64,000 nt of DNA from Candidatus Binatia bacterium (GCA_963664395.2 OY761159.2:2752001-2816000); one strand, 5' to 3'; counted from the stretch's first letter, positions 20,397-32,006 are shown. Program-made: numbers and translations. The notes: generated by a model from the letters alone, not told the origin.

Positions 20397-22370
20397 ATGG
20401 AAAAAGATCGGCCTTGGGTCATGCGAACCTATTCCGGCCACTCGACCGCACAGGCGAGTAATGAACTCTATCGGCTCAATTTGAGTAAAGGCCAGACCGG
20501 CCTGTCGGTTGCCTTCGACCTGCCGACGCAGACCGGCTACGACAGCGATCACGCCCTGGCGCGCGGGGAGGTTGGAAAAGTCGGCGTCCCGATTTGTCAT
20601 ATCGGCGATATGGAAACCCTGTTTGCTGATATTCCGCTCGGCCAGATGAATACCTCCATGACGATTAACGGCACGGCGGCCTGGCTGCTGGCGCTGTATC
20701 TTGCTGCGGCTGAGCGACAAGGGGTGGAGCCCCAGGCCCTCCAGGGTACGACGCAGAACGATATTGTGAAAGAATACCTGTCGCGGGGCACGTATATCTT
20801 TCCGCCCGAGCCGAGCCTGCGTCTTATGAGCGACGTGATCACCTATACGGTCAAAAATATTCCCAAATGGAACCCGGTCAACGTGTGCTCCTACCATCTC
20901 CAGGAAGCCGGTGCCACGCCGGTTCAGGAAGTCGCCTACGCACTGTGTACGGCTATTGCTGTGCTCGACACGGTGCTCGCTTCCGGGCGGCTCGACGCTG
21001 CCGAGTTTGCCGCTGCGGTCGGGCGGCTCAGCTTCTTTGTGAATTCCGGCGTCCGCTTTATCGAGGAGGTGTGTAAGCTGCGCGCCTTTGGTCAGCTTTG
21101 GGAGGAGCTGACGCGTGAACGCTACGGCGTCGAGAATCCAAAGTTGCGCCGTTTTCGGTATGGCGTACAGGTCAATTCTCTGGGGCTGACCGAAGCACAG
21201 CCGGAGAACAATATCCCTCGGATTGTCCTGGAGACTTTGGGCGTAACGCTCAGTAAGGATGCCCGTTGTCGGGCCATGCAGCTCCCGGCCTGGAACGAAG
21301 CGCTGGGATTGCCGCGCCCGTGGGACCAGCAGTGGAGCCTGCGGATTCAGCAGATCCTGGCCTTTGAAACCGACATTTTGGAGTACGGAGATATTTTTGA
21401 CGGGAGCAAGGTTGTTGAGACAAAAACGAACGCGATTAAAAACGCAGCCTGGGCAGAGGTCGAGCGTGTGACGGAAATGGGCGGAGTGATTTCCGCCCTG
21501 GGCTATATCAAAGAGCAGCTCGTGGCGAGTCATACCGAACGGGTGCGCAATATCATTGCCGGGGACCACGTTGTTGTCGGTGTCAACCAGTTTACCGAGA
21601 CCGCGGACTCTCCCCTCTACCGCGGTGATTCGTCGGCTATTCTTAAAGTAGACGAGGCGGCCGAGCGCGACCAACTCGCGCGCCTGGAAGCGTTTCGCAC
21701 TACGCGCAATCAGGCTGAGGTGGCTACGGCTGTCTCCGGTCTGCGCGCTGCGGTCCTCAATGGTGAGAATATCATGCCGGCTTCCATTCACTGCGCGCTG
21801 GTTGGTGTGACGACGGGCGAGTGGACGCAGACCTTGCGCCAGATTTTTGGAGAATTCCGAGCGCCAACCGGTATTGGTGGAGCTGCGGCCGTGCGAACGG
21901 TCAATGGAGAGGCCGCGGGGGCACTTGAGGAACTGCGGGCGAGAGTCCGCAAAAGTGCCGCTACGCTCGGACGTCCGCTCAAGGTTCTGATCGGTAAGCC
22001 GGGCTTGGATGGACACTCTAACGGTGCCGAGCAAATCGCCGTCTGGTGTCGCGACGCGGGCATGGAAGTCGTGTACGAGGGCATACGTCTGTCGCCTGAA
22101 CAGATCGTGACGAGTGCGCGGGATGAAGGCGTCCATCTGGTCGGTCTGAGCATCCTGTCCGGCTCTCACCTCCGACTTGTCCCCGAGGTGCTTACCGGCC
22201 TGCGGGACCAAGGACTGGCCGATGTCCCCGTTGTCGTTGGCGGTATTATTCCCGAGGACGATGCGGAAAACCTGCGGCAGGCCGGCGTCGCGCGGGTCTA
22301 CACCCCCAAAGATTTTGAAATGCTGCGCATTCTGTCTGATATGGTCGAGGTGGCTGAGGCGGCGGCATAA
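20397..22370 (+). CDS. ecm: ethylmalonyl-CoA mutase (MeaA)
   Basis: PWVMRTYSGHST, AFDLPTQTG, B12-binding DGHSNGAEQI. Confidence 0.9.
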   Translation: MEKDRPWVMRTYSGHSTAQASNELYRLNLSKGQTGLSVAFDLPTQTGYDSDHALARGEVGKVGVPICHIGDMETLFADIPLGQMNTSMTINGTAAWLLALYLAAAERQGVEPQALQGTTQNDIVKEYLSRGTYIFPPEPSLRLMSDVITYTVKNIPKWNPVNVCSYHLQEAGATPVQEVAYALCTAIAVLDTVLASGRLDAAEFAAAVGRLSFFVNSGVRFIEEVCKLRAFGQLWEELTRERYGVENPKLRRFRYGVQVNSLGLTEAQPENNIPRIVLETLGVTLSKDARCRAMQLPAWNEALGLPRPWDQQWSLRIQQILAFETDILEYGDIFDGSKVVETKTNAIKNAAWAEVERVTEMGGVISALGYIKEQLVASHTERVRNIIAGDHVVVGVNQFTETADSPLYRGDSSAILKVDEAAERDQLARLEAFRTTRNQAEVATAVSGLRAAVLNGENIMPASIHCALVGVTTGEWTQTLRQIFGEFRAPTGIGGAAAVRTVNGEAAGALEELRARVRKSAATLGRPLKVLIGKPGLDGHSNGAEQIAVWCRDAGMEVVYEGIRLSPEQIVTSARDEGVHLVGLSILSGSHLRLVPEVLTGLRDQGLADVPVVVGGIIPEDDAENLRQAGVARVYTPKDFEMLRILSDMVEVAEAAA

Positions 22371-22449
22371 CGGCCGCTCAGCCAGCGTACTGAACAATCC
22401 ACAGGAGCGGCCCGATCTGCTCCGCATCCCTTATCCGTCGCCTCTGTTT

Positions 22450-23424
22450 GTGACACAGCCATCCCACAGCACTGTTGCCGCTCTGGTCGATTTTAATCGC
22501 CGGGCTATTGCGCGGGTGCTCAACCTCCTCGAAGACCGGCGTCCAAACCGTCAAGCCCAAGCGCTGACGCTGCTGGATACCCTCTCGGCCCTGCCCGTAT
22601 CGGCCCATGTCGTTGGGCTGACCGGTCCGCCCGGCGTGGGCAAAAGCTCGCTCATCTCCCGGCTGATTGAGTCGCAGGCCGGCCGCCGGGTCGCCATTAT
22701 TGCGGTCGATCCGTCGAGTAAGGTGTCGGGCGGAGCGCTATTGGGTGATCGTGGCCGGATGCAGTTATCGGCCGAGGTGTATGCCCGTAGTTACGCGGCG
22801 CGGGACCGGCTGGGGGGCCTGAGTCGGGAGGCGTGGGCGGCTGTTTTTCTGCTGCGACATTGCTGTGATCTGATTCTCGTCGAGACGGTTGGGGTCGGCC
22901 AAAGCGAGACCGATATTGCTACCCTTGCCGATACCACCGTCCTGGTCGTCCAGCCATTTGCCGGTGACCTGCTCCAGTTCATCAAGGCCGGGGTGATGGA
23001 GATCCCGGACATTCTGGCCGTGAATAAGGCGGATAATCAGGCGCTGGCTCAAAAGGCGTTGTCCGATACCCAGGCGGCGCTCGCCTTGGCACGGCGTCCG
23101 ACCCCTCCTGAGCCTGAAGCATGGGACAGTCCGGTACTGGCCGTCAGTGCGGCAACCAATCTGAATATTGACGTACTCAATCAAGCCATCAGCTCGCACC
23201 ATCAGCATCTGCAATCGACAACTGACATGGAGAAGAAACGCGCTGCTCAACACCTGGAGTGGGGGATTGGAGAAATACGCCACGAGGTCGGGCAACGCGG
23301 CCTGGCCGCCCTGGGCGGCGTTGAGGGTGTGCGCGCGGCCTGGAATCGGCAACCCGCGCACTGGAGTGTGGTCCGCAAGCTCGCCGCTCTGCTTGAGCGC
23401 GTTCAATATCGGACCTCATGGTAG
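22450..23424 (+). CDS. meaB: MeaB/ArgK mutase chaperone GTPase
   Basis: GPPGVGKS, AVDPSS, ETVGVGQSE, NKAD; start approximate (GTG). Confidence 0.85.
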   Translation: MTQPSHSTVAALVDFNRRAIARVLNLLEDRRPNRQAQALTLLDTLSALPVSAHVVGLTGPPGVGKSSLISRLIESQAGRRVAIIAVDPSSKVSGGALLGDRGRMQLSAEVYARSYAARDRLGGLSREAWAAVFLLRHCCDLILVETVGVGQSETDIATLADTTVLVVQPFAGDLLQFIKAGVMEIPDILAVNKADNQALAQKALSDTQAALALARRPTPPEPEAWDSPVLAVSAATNLNIDVLNQAISSHHQHLQSTTDMEKKRAAQHLEWGIGEIRHEVGQRGLAALGGVEGVRAAWNRQPAHWSVVRKLAALLERVQYRTSW

Positions 23425-23447
23425 GGGCAACCCCCTGTGGTTGCCCC
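23421..23447. repeat. GTAG-type REP (copies at 27245-27270 and 28620-28646)
   Basis: GTAGGGGCAACCCCCTGTGGTTGCCC and its reverse complement elsewhere. Confidence 0.75.
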
Positions 23448-23475
23448 TTGTGAGGAAAAGGATCAGGAGAGGGAA

Positions 23476-24648
23476 ATGTATCAAGCGTCTCTGTATATAA
23501 TACGCGCCGGGCTCGTCTGTATGGTCAGTCTGGCGCTGTGCGCGACGCCGAGCTCTGCTCAGGACACTGAGGCCGAGCAACTCTGGGGGCAGTGCGGTGG
23601 GCAGCAACACCAGCCCAAAAAGCGGCAGTGTTACCACGCCGGGCTGGAAAAAATCCTGCGCACCCAGGGCACTGAACACGCGCTGGCCACGCTGGACAAG
23701 CTGACACAGCGGGACCCTGACGTGTTGCGTGACGCTCACCCCTATACCCATCATCTCGGCCGGGCATCATTCGCATATTATCAGGATGTGGCCGAGGCAT
23801 TTGCCCGCTGCCGGGAGACCTTCTGGTCGGGCTGTTATCACGGCGTGCTGGAAGGCTATCTGCGCAGTCTGCCCGAGGTGCGGGCTGACACCATAGCCGC
23901 GGTGTGTACCCAGGAGATTGATGCCTGGCAGTCCACGTTTTTGCAGTATCAATGTCTGCACGGCCTGGGGCACGGCCTGACCTTATATTTTGATTACCAA
24001 CTCCCCGCCGCACTTGAAGGCTGCGATGCCTTAGCCTCGCCCTGGGAGCGCGAGTCGTGCTACAGCGGCGTCTTTATGGAGAATGTCGTGGCCTTTCTGC
24101 AGCCCCATCACACGCATCAGGAGGGACATCAGAGCCACGCCGACCGTCCCAGAAGCTTACTCCGGCCGGAAGACCCCTTGTATCCCTGTACGGCGGTGGA
24201 CGAAGCCTACCAACGGGCCTGTTACCGGATGCAGTCTTCAGCCATCCTGGCCTTTTCGCAGTACGATTTCACAAAGGCTTTTCAAGTGTGCGCCGGCGCG
24301 CCGGCCGCATTTGTGACTGTCTGCTATGAAAGCCTGGGTCGCGATGTGAGCGGGTTCACGATGCGTGATGCTGAGAAGACTATGGGCCTGTGCCAGCAGG
24401 GCAGCCCGGAACAGGCCACCGCCTGTCTTGTTGGTGCGGTGAAAGATTTTATCTTGACCCACGCCGACCCGCAGCGTGGACTCGCATTTTGTCGGCGGCT
24501 TGACGACGCTTCAAAAGAAGCGTGTTACGCAGCGACCGGTGAGGTCCTCTTGTCGCTATATCCGGACAACCAACAACGAGCCCAGTCCTGTGCCCAAGCG
24601 GAGCAGGACTATATTGAAGCCTGCAAAGCTGCTGCGGCCGCCTTGTAA
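23476..24648 (+). CDS. secreted Cys/His-rich helical-repeat protein
   Basis: signal peptide; CYHGVLEG, CLHGLGHG, CYSGVFME repeats. Confidence 0.65.
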   Translation: MYQASLYIIRAGLVCMVSLALCATPSSAQDTEAEQLWGQCGGQQHQPKKRQCYHAGLEKILRTQGTEHALATLDKLTQRDPDVLRDAHPYTHHLGRASFAYYQDVAEAFARCRETFWSGCYHGVLEGYLRSLPEVRADTIAAVCTQEIDAWQSTFLQYQCLHGLGHGLTLYFDYQLPAALEGCDALASPWERESCYSGVFMENVVAFLQPHHTHQEGHQSHADRPRSLLRPEDPLYPCTAVDEAYQRACYRMQSSAILAFSQYDFTKAFQVCAGAPAAFVTVCYESLGRDVSGFTMRDAEKTMGLCQQGSPEQATACLVGAVKDFILTHADPQRGLAFCRRLDDASKEACYAATGEVLLSLYPDNQQRAQSCAQAEQDYIEACKAAAAAL

Positions 24649-24675
24649 CAATTCCCAATCCCGAGCCCCCAATCC

Positions 24676-25533
24676 CTACCCATACTCATAAAACCCCTTG
24701 CCCGTTTTTTTCCCTAAATAATGCGCCGCGACATAATTGCGTAGCAACGGGCAGGGGCGGTATTTGTCGTCACCCAGGCCGTGATGCAGGCGTTCCAAGA
24801 CCGCCAGGCAGGTGTCCAGCCCGATGAGGTCGGCCAGGGCGAGGGGCCCCATGGGCTGGTTGGTGCCGAGCTTCATCCCCTGGTCAATATCCTCCACACC
24901 GCCCACCCCTTCGTATAAGGCATAGATCGCCTCGTTGATCATGGGCAGCAGGATGCGGTTGACCACAAAGCCGGCGTAGTCCTTGGCCTGAATCGTGGTT
25001 TTGCCCATTTTCCTGGCCAACCCATTAATGGCGGTATAGGTCTCGTCAGCGGTGGCCAGGCCGCGCACAATCTCGACCAGTTGCATGACGACCGGTGGGT
25101 TCATGAAGTGCATGCCAATGACTTTTTCCGGTCGGTTGGTGACCGCCCCGAGCTGGGTCAGTGAGATGGACGAGGTGTTGCTGGCCAGGATCACCTCTGG
25201 CCGGGCGATGTGGTCGAGCTTCCGAAAGATATCCTCCTTGATTGCGGAGTCTTCCGGGGCGGCCTCGATAATGACGTCGGCAACCCCCAGGTCTTCGAGG
25301 ACGGCTGTACCAGCCAGCCGACCGAGAATGGCGCGTTGCTCATCGAGCGACAACTTGCCCCGGTCGGTCAGGCGCGCGAGTCCCTTCTGGATGTTCCCCA
25401 GCGCGCGGTCAACGATCTCCTGGTTGACGTCGTACAGCAACACCGCCATGCCCGCTTGAGCGGCAACCTGACCGATCCCGCTCCCCATTTGTCCTGTGCC
25501 AACAATCCCGACCGTTCGAATATCCATGGTCAT
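24676..25533 (-). CDS. hbd: 3-hydroxybutyryl-CoA dehydrogenase
   Basis: GTGQMGSG, SNTSS, GMHFMNP, PMGPL. Confidence 0.9.
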   Translation of the reverse strand: MTMDIRTVGIVGTGQMGSGIGQVAAQAGMAVLLYDVNQEIVDRALGNIQKGLARLTDRGKLSLDEQRAILGRLAGTAVLEDLGVADVIIEAAPEDSAIKEDIFRKLDHIARPEVILASNTSSISLTQLGAVTNRPEKVIGMHFMNPPVVMQLVEIVRGLATADETYTAINGLARKMGKTTIQAKDYAGFVVNRILLPMINEAIYALYEGVGGVEDIDQGMKLGTNQPMGPLALADLIGLDTCLAVLERLHHGLGDDKYRPCPLLRNYVAAHYLGKKTGKGFYEYG

Positions 25534-25549
25534 ATTCCGCTGAGGTGAA

Positions 25550-26266
25550 TCACTGCTCGGTGCCGCCGCCGGGGTGGAGGGTACCGTTTTTTCCCGTCTG
25601 CGAGCCTATCCACACCTCGCCTCCCTCGTACAGTTCTTTCTTCCAGATCGGGACCGTTTCCTTGAGCTGATTGATCGCGTAATGACACGCCTCAAACGCG
25701 GCGTGGCGGTGACTGGAAGACACGGCTATGGCCACACTGGCCTGTCCAATATCGACCCGGCCGAGCCGATGTATCATGGCGACTTTTTTCACCGGCCAGC
25801 GCTCCAGGACCTCGTGTCCAATCTTGCCCATCTCTTTCTCTGCCATGCCGGGATAACACTCGTATTCCAGCCGGATGACCCGCCGACCGTCATTGCTGTC
25901 TCGGGTCGTACCGACAAAGGTTGCCATGGCGCCCGCACCGGGGTCGGCCACAAAGGCGGTCAACTCGTCCAGGCGAATCGGGTCCTGGGTGAGCGTACAG
26001 GACAGACGACTGTCTGCCCCAACGCCCCCACTCACGGGTGGGATAAAGGCCAGCTCATCGTTATCGTGCAGGGGATGATCGCCATCGACGTATTCCTGGG
26101 CGACGGCAAAGGCGAGCGAACGCTCAACTTCTGCTAGCGCCGGCTGCTCGTGTTTGAGCGCCTCCCAGACCGTCCTGACCGTTGCGCCTTCAGGCACTTC
26201 ACGGCTGTCTTCACTGCGGCCCAGCCGCTCTCGGAGCGAAGCAAAAAAGCGTAACCTAATGTGCAT
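25550..26266 (-). CDS. MoaD-MoaE fusion molybdopterin synthase
   Basis: FFASLRE...PPVSGG followed by FVGTTR, HRLG, VPIWKKE. Confidence 0.9.
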   Translation of the reverse strand: MHIRLRFFASLRERLGRSEDSREVPEGATVRTVWEALKHEQPALAEVERSLAFAVAQEYVDGDHPLHDNDELAFIPPVSGGVGADSRLSCTLTQDPIRLDELTAFVADPGAGAMATFVGTTRDSNDGRRVIRLEYECYPGMAEKEMGKIGHEVLERWPVKKVAMIHRLGRVDIGQASVAIAVSSSHRHAAFEACHYAINQLKETVPIWKKELYEGGEVWIGSQTGKNGTLHPGGGTEQ

Positions 26267-26774
26267 GGCGTTCCCCCCGGAGCAGGAACATCATATGGCC
26301 GAGCTCGGGCAGGACGAGTTTGGTCATGCCCAGTTCGACCGCGCCGGTTGAGCCGGGCAAGGAAATAATGACCTTGCCGTTCGCAACCCCCGCGGTGGCG
26401 CGGGTCAACATGGCCGAAGCGCCAATATCTGCGTAACTCAGCATACGGAACATCTCGCCAAAGCCGCTGATTTCTTTTTCGAGCAGGCTCTGGATCGCCT
26501 CGAACGTCGTATCGCGCGGCGCAATACCGGTCCCGCCATTGGTGATAATGGCGTCAACCTCGGGCTGGGCCAGGAGGGCCTGCACCACCGTCGTAATCTG
26601 CTCCGGTTCGTCTTTAAGAATCTGATACGAGACAACCGGCTGACCCTGCTCGGCCAGGAGTTCTTTGATGCGTCTGCCGCTCGTATCCGTCTCTTCGGTG
26701 CGGGTGTCGCTCAGGGTGATAATTGCGCACCGAACCGTTCGGTGGGCTTTGCCTTTATGCTCTGTCACAGCCAT
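26256..26774 (-). CDS. moaB: molybdenum cofactor biosynthesis protein B
   Basis: TLSDTR, NGGTGIAPRD, SLPGS. Confidence 0.9.
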   Translation of the reverse strand: MAVTEHKGKAHRTVRCAIITLSDTRTEETDTSGRRIKELLAEQGQPVVSYQILKDEPEQITTVVQALLAQPEVDAIITNGGTGIAPRDTTFEAIQSLLEKEISGFGEMFRMLSYADIGASAMLTRATAGVANGKVIISLPGSTGAVELGMTKLVLPELGHMMFLLRGERHAH

Positions 26775-26855
26775 AGCTCCTGTGTATATACTAGTTGAAG
26801 CCAAGATTGTGAACGACTCGGGGAACGAGACGCGGACGCAAAGAGAGGGATATCC

Positions 26856-27203
26856 ATGCCTGAAAAAATAAAAAAACTGGATCAACAGCGCCACGAACTC
26901 AAGGCGCTCCGGTATCTCTTGGAGAACCATCCGGCAAGTATGCAAAGCCGCGACGGTCTGCCCAGCCGTGAGGATTTCCAGATAGGGGAAAATCGATGGA
27001 TTTTTGACGTCCTACTCACAGCAACAAGCCAGGAGGAAGCCGTCCGCGCAATTGAAAACCTTGATCTTGAAGAGACTGAAGTGGAGTCCTTCCTGCGTCT
27101 CGGCGGGCAGTTCTACCACAGTTATCCCGACATGGTGAAAGAACGGGGCCAGGATTTTCGAGAGGGAAAAATTGAGGTTGTTGACCCCAGCGAGTGGGAA
27201 TAG
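26856..27203 (+). CDS. hypothetical protein
   Basis: 115-aa ORF with GAGAGG RBS filling the intergenic space. Confidence 0.6.
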   Translation: MPEKIKKLDQQRHELKALRYLLENHPASMQSRDGLPSREDFQIGENRWIFDVLLTATSQEEAVRAIENLDLEETEVESFLRLGGQFYHSYPDMVKERGQDFREGKIEVVDPSEWE

Positions 27204-27276
27204 CACAAGGACACGCCAGGCCATATCCTTCCCTCTGAGGAGCCGGGCAACCACAGGGGGTTGCCCCTACGTTTAT

Positions 27277-27337
27277 TCCCTCGCCCCTTGGGGGAGGGCC
27301 TGTCCTGAGCAGAGTCGAAGGGGGCCAGGGTGAGGGG
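27277..27337. repeat. CCCTCACCC-type REP with nested CCTGTCCTGAGC hairpin (uninterrupted copy at 28659-28696)
   Basis: direct comparison of the two copies. Confidence 0.6.
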
Positions 27338-27351
27338 TATCCGCGTCCCGC

Positions 27352-28266
27352 TCAGACCCGAACATACGAGCCCGGCAGCGCCATGCCGGCGCATTCTTCC
27401 GGATGCAGCATCTCAGCAAGAATTTCCGCACTCTCCACAATACGTGGCCCAGGCCGGTTATAATAGGCATTGCCGTCTGCCACATATACCCGGTTGTGTT
27501 GTACTGCCGGGAGCGTCTGCCAGTGTAGATGCGCCGTCAGCTGGGGTAGGTCTGTTTGCGATTGTGGAATTTTGAAACCGCACGGGGTGATAACGATAAC
27601 CTCGGGTTGATAGGCGACGAGGGCCTCCCAGGTCACCGTTGGTGTATGCGCGCCTGCCTCAACAAGGCCATATTCTCCACCCGCAATATCGACCAGTTCC
27701 GGAATCCAGTTGCCTGCGGCCATGAGTGGGTCGAGCCATTCCAGACAGGCCACGCGCGGACGGGGAAAATGCTGCGTCTTTTGTTCGACTTTCCCGAGAC
27801 GTTCTTTTGAATCCTGAATCAGCGCTGCCGCATTTTCCTCTCGACCTGTGGCCAGGGCGACATGACGGATATCTGTCCAGATATCACTGAGTTTCTCCGG
27901 TCTGAGTGAAACGACAGTCACGTCCGGAGTCAGAAAACACTGCACGGCGTTTTCAACCTCGGGCAGGGAAACGGCGCACACTTCGCATTGATCTTGTGTC
28001 ACGATGACATCGGGCTTCAACCCTTGCAATACTTCAGTCTTCAGACGATAGACGCTCAGCCCCTCCTGCACAATCTCACGGACCCGGGTATCGATATCGC
28101 TACTCGTCCCACGGGGATCGAGTTTGGGTTCGGTTAAGATGGGGAGACCTGCGACGTCTGAAGGGTAGTCGCATTCATGGGAGACGCCGACCAGGTGCTC
28201 GCGCAGACCAAGCGCGCATATAATTTCCGTACTACTTGGCAGGAGTGAGATAATGCGTTCGACCAT
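27352..28266 (-). CDS. cobalamin/iron-siderophore ABC substrate-binding protein (BtuF-like)
   Basis: RIISLLPSSTEI, SHECDYP, QDQCEVCA, NRPGPRI. Confidence 0.85.
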   Translation of the reverse strand: MVERIISLLPSSTEIICALGLREHLVGVSHECDYPSDVAGLPILTEPKLDPRGTSSDIDTRVREIVQEGLSVYRLKTEVLQGLKPDVIVTQDQCEVCAVSLPEVENAVQCFLTPDVTVVSLRPEKLSDIWTDIRHVALATGREENAAALIQDSKERLGKVEQKTQHFPRPRVACLEWLDPLMAAGNWIPELVDIAGGEYGLVEAGAHTPTVTWEALVAYQPEVIVITPCGFKIPQSQTDLPQLTAHLHWQTLPAVQHNRVYVADGNAYYNRPGPRIVESAEILAEMLHPEECAGMALPGSYVRV

Positions 28267-28286
28267 AAATTTCCAGTTGCTCTCTT

Positions 28287-28469
28287 TTACATGAAAGTAC
28301 GCGACTCAGGGGCCTCGTCCGGTTCCACCTTTTCGCCACAGGCTGAAGCGCACGCAGTGCATACATAAGCAAATGTATTTCCTTCAGGCTGGATACTGTG
28401 TAACTTCTTGTGGACCGGCATGGCTCGGCGACATTGCGCACAGTACAACAAAGATGCCTCAAGCTGCAT
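28287..28469 (-). CDS. small zinc-ribbon protein
   Basis: CAQC...CTAC, 60 aa from ATG 28469. Confidence 0.65.
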   Translation of the reverse strand: MQLEASLLYCAQCRRAMPVHKKLHSIQPEGNTFAYVCTACASACGEKVEPDEAPESRTFM

Positions 28470-28716
28470 CCCATTTTCTTTTGCCAAGACTGTTCTCCTC
28501 GGACAATACTGGGGCCGAGCAGGTCTGCCGCCGGCTGCCTCGACCCGCCTACCCGACACCGAGGGCTCCACTATAGCCGTTGCGTTGCGGCTGGGGAACG
28601 GCTACAAAAATTCTCGGACGGGCAACCACAGGGGGATTGCCCCTACATTTACATTTATTCCCTCTCCCCTTGGGGGAGAGGGCCAGGGTGAGGGGGGCTC
28701 GACTCGGACATCACGT

Positions 28717-30030
<1,314 letters not shown>

Positions 30031-30119
30031 GTCGGATGAGCGCAGCATAAGCCGACACCTCTCCTAATACCCACCCCGGCCTACGGCCACCCCTCCAAGG
30101 AGGGGAAAAGCACGGAGGG

Positions 30120-30473
30120 CTAATCCAGCAACTCCAGCACCTTTTCAGACGGCCGGGCGATAACTGCCTTTTGATCCTTGATTATAACCGGGCGTTGCAT
30201 CAGCTCAGGATGCCGGAGTAAGACCTCGACCACGGCTTCGCGCGTCACATAGTCGTCCGCGTTCAGACCGAGTTCCTTGAATTTTTTGTCCTTACGGACC
30301 AGTTCCGCGGGTTCATCCGGCAACAGGTCCAGAAAATGTTCAAAGTCTCCTCTGCTGAGGGGGTTCTTGAGATACTCAATCACGTCGAACTCGACGTCGC
30401 GCTCCTGTAAAATATCGAGCGCTCCGCGTGACTTGCCTCAACCGGGATTGTGATACACAGCCAGCTTTGCCAT
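30120..30473 (-). CDS. arsC: ArsC family arsenate reductase with in-frame UGA at the catalytic Cys (putative selenoprotein)
   Basis: GGAGG RBS then MAKLAVYHNPG[UGA]GKSRGAL, continuing in frame into IEYLK...LMQRPV...IARP. Confidence 0.85.
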
Positions 30474-30579
30474 AGCGTCAACCTCCTTCATACTCGTCGC
30501 GCTTGCCAGCTTACCGAGTTGGAGAGCGGACGGCTAGACCGGATTGGCAACGGACCCGACAGCCGGCTACAATTCTCGT

Positions 30580-31995
30580 ATGGATACCCAAAAAACCCGG
30601 CAATTTGTCGAAGCCACCTGGGAGAACAGTATCATCCCAACCCTGACGGAATACCTGGCCATTCCCAACCAATCCCCGGCCTACGACCCGGACTGGCAGA
30701 CGAACGGCTATCTGGACCAGGCGGTTGACCTCATCGCCGGCTGGATTCGCAGCCAGGCGGTTCCTGGTCTGAGCCTTGAGGTGGTCCGGCTTGCAGGCCG
30801 CACGCCCCTCCTCTTTATCGAGGTGCCGGGCGATTCGTCCGAAACCGTACTGCTCTACGGCCACCTGGATAAGCAGCCGCCCATGGACGGCTGGCATGAC
30901 GGGCTCGGCCCGTGGCAACCGGTTCTGAAAGACGGCAAACTGTATGGGCGTGGGGGCGCCGACGATGGCTATGCTGCCTTTGCCTCTCTGACCGCCATTG
31001 CGGCGCTTAAACGCCAAGGCGTTCCGGTTGCCCGCTGTGTGGTCATTATCGAAGCCTGCGAGGAGAGTGGCAGTGGAGATCTGCCCTACTATATGGACGC
31101 CCTGGCCGAGCGCATCGGCACGCCGAGCTTCGTTGTCTGTCTCGACTCGGGCTGTGGCAACTACGACCAGCTCTGGGTTACGACTTCTTTACGCGGTCTG
31201 GTGTCGGGTAATCTATCCGTTTCCACCCTCACCGAAGGGGTCCACTCGGGCGCGGCCAGCGGCATCGTCCCTTCAACCTTTCGTATCTTACGCCAACTCC
31301 TGAGCCGCCTTGAAGACGAGCGGACGGGGGAAATCCTGTCGTCCGAATTTCAGGTTGAAATACCGGCCGAACGGCTCCAACAGGCCCGGACAACCGCGAC
31401 CGTTCTGGGACAGAGCGTCTCGGCAGAATTTCCGTTTCAGCCCGGAGCCCAGGCGGTGACGGCCGATATCCGTCAGCTCTTACTCAACCGGACCTGGCGA
31501 CCCCAACTCGAAATTACGGGCGCGGCCGGCTTGCCGGCGCTTGATCAAGCCGGCAATGTGCTGCGGCCCGTTACTGCGGCCAAGGTGTCGCTGCGGATTC
31601 CGCCGACCCTGGACGCGAACGCGGCTTCAGCCGCTTTACGGCAGCTCTTGGAGCATGATCAGCCCTATGGCGCGCGGGTTTCCTTTGCGCCTGAATGGAG
31701 CGCGTCCGGCTGGAACGCCCCGCCGCTCGCTCCTTGGCTGGAGAATGCCTTGAATAGCGCCTCGCAGGAATTTTTTGGCAAAGACGCGTGCGCCATAGGT
31801 GAGGGAGGGACGATTCCCTTTATGGCCATGCTGGGTGAAAAATTCCCCGAGGCCCAATTCATGATCACCGGGGTGCTTGGGCCCCACTCGAACGCCCACG
31901 GGCCGAATGAGTTTCTGGAACTCTCGATGGGCAAACGGCTGACCGCGTGTGTGGCCCGCGTGCTGGCGGAACACTACACGGCCCTGGGCAGGTAA
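30580..31995 (+). CDS. M20 family metallopeptidase
   Basis: YGHLDKQP, GRGGADDG, EESGS, AHGPNE. Confidence 0.9.
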   Translation: MDTQKTRQFVEATWENSIIPTLTEYLAIPNQSPAYDPDWQTNGYLDQAVDLIAGWIRSQAVPGLSLEVVRLAGRTPLLFIEVPGDSSETVLLYGHLDKQPPMDGWHDGLGPWQPVLKDGKLYGRGGADDGYAAFASLTAIAALKRQGVPVARCVVIIEACEESGSGDLPYYMDALAERIGTPSFVVCLDSGCGNYDQLWVTTSLRGLVSGNLSVSTLTEGVHSGAASGIVPSTFRILRQLLSRLEDERTGEILSSEFQVEIPAERLQQARTTATVLGQSVSAEFPFQPGAQAVTADIRQLLLNRTWRPQLEITGAAGLPALDQAGNVLRPVTAAKVSLRIPPTLDANAASAALRQLLEHDQPYGARVSFAPEWSASGWNAPPLAPWLENALNSASQEFFGKDACAIGEGGTIPFMAMLGEKFPEAQFMITGVLGPHSNAHGPNEFLELSMGKRLTACVARVLAEHYTALGR

Positions 31996-32006
31996 GGGGC
32001 AAAGCC

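Noticed and set aside
20310-22427. 705-aa minus-strand ORF
   Set aside because: Antisense shadow of ecm in high-GC DNA, with no recognisable motifs
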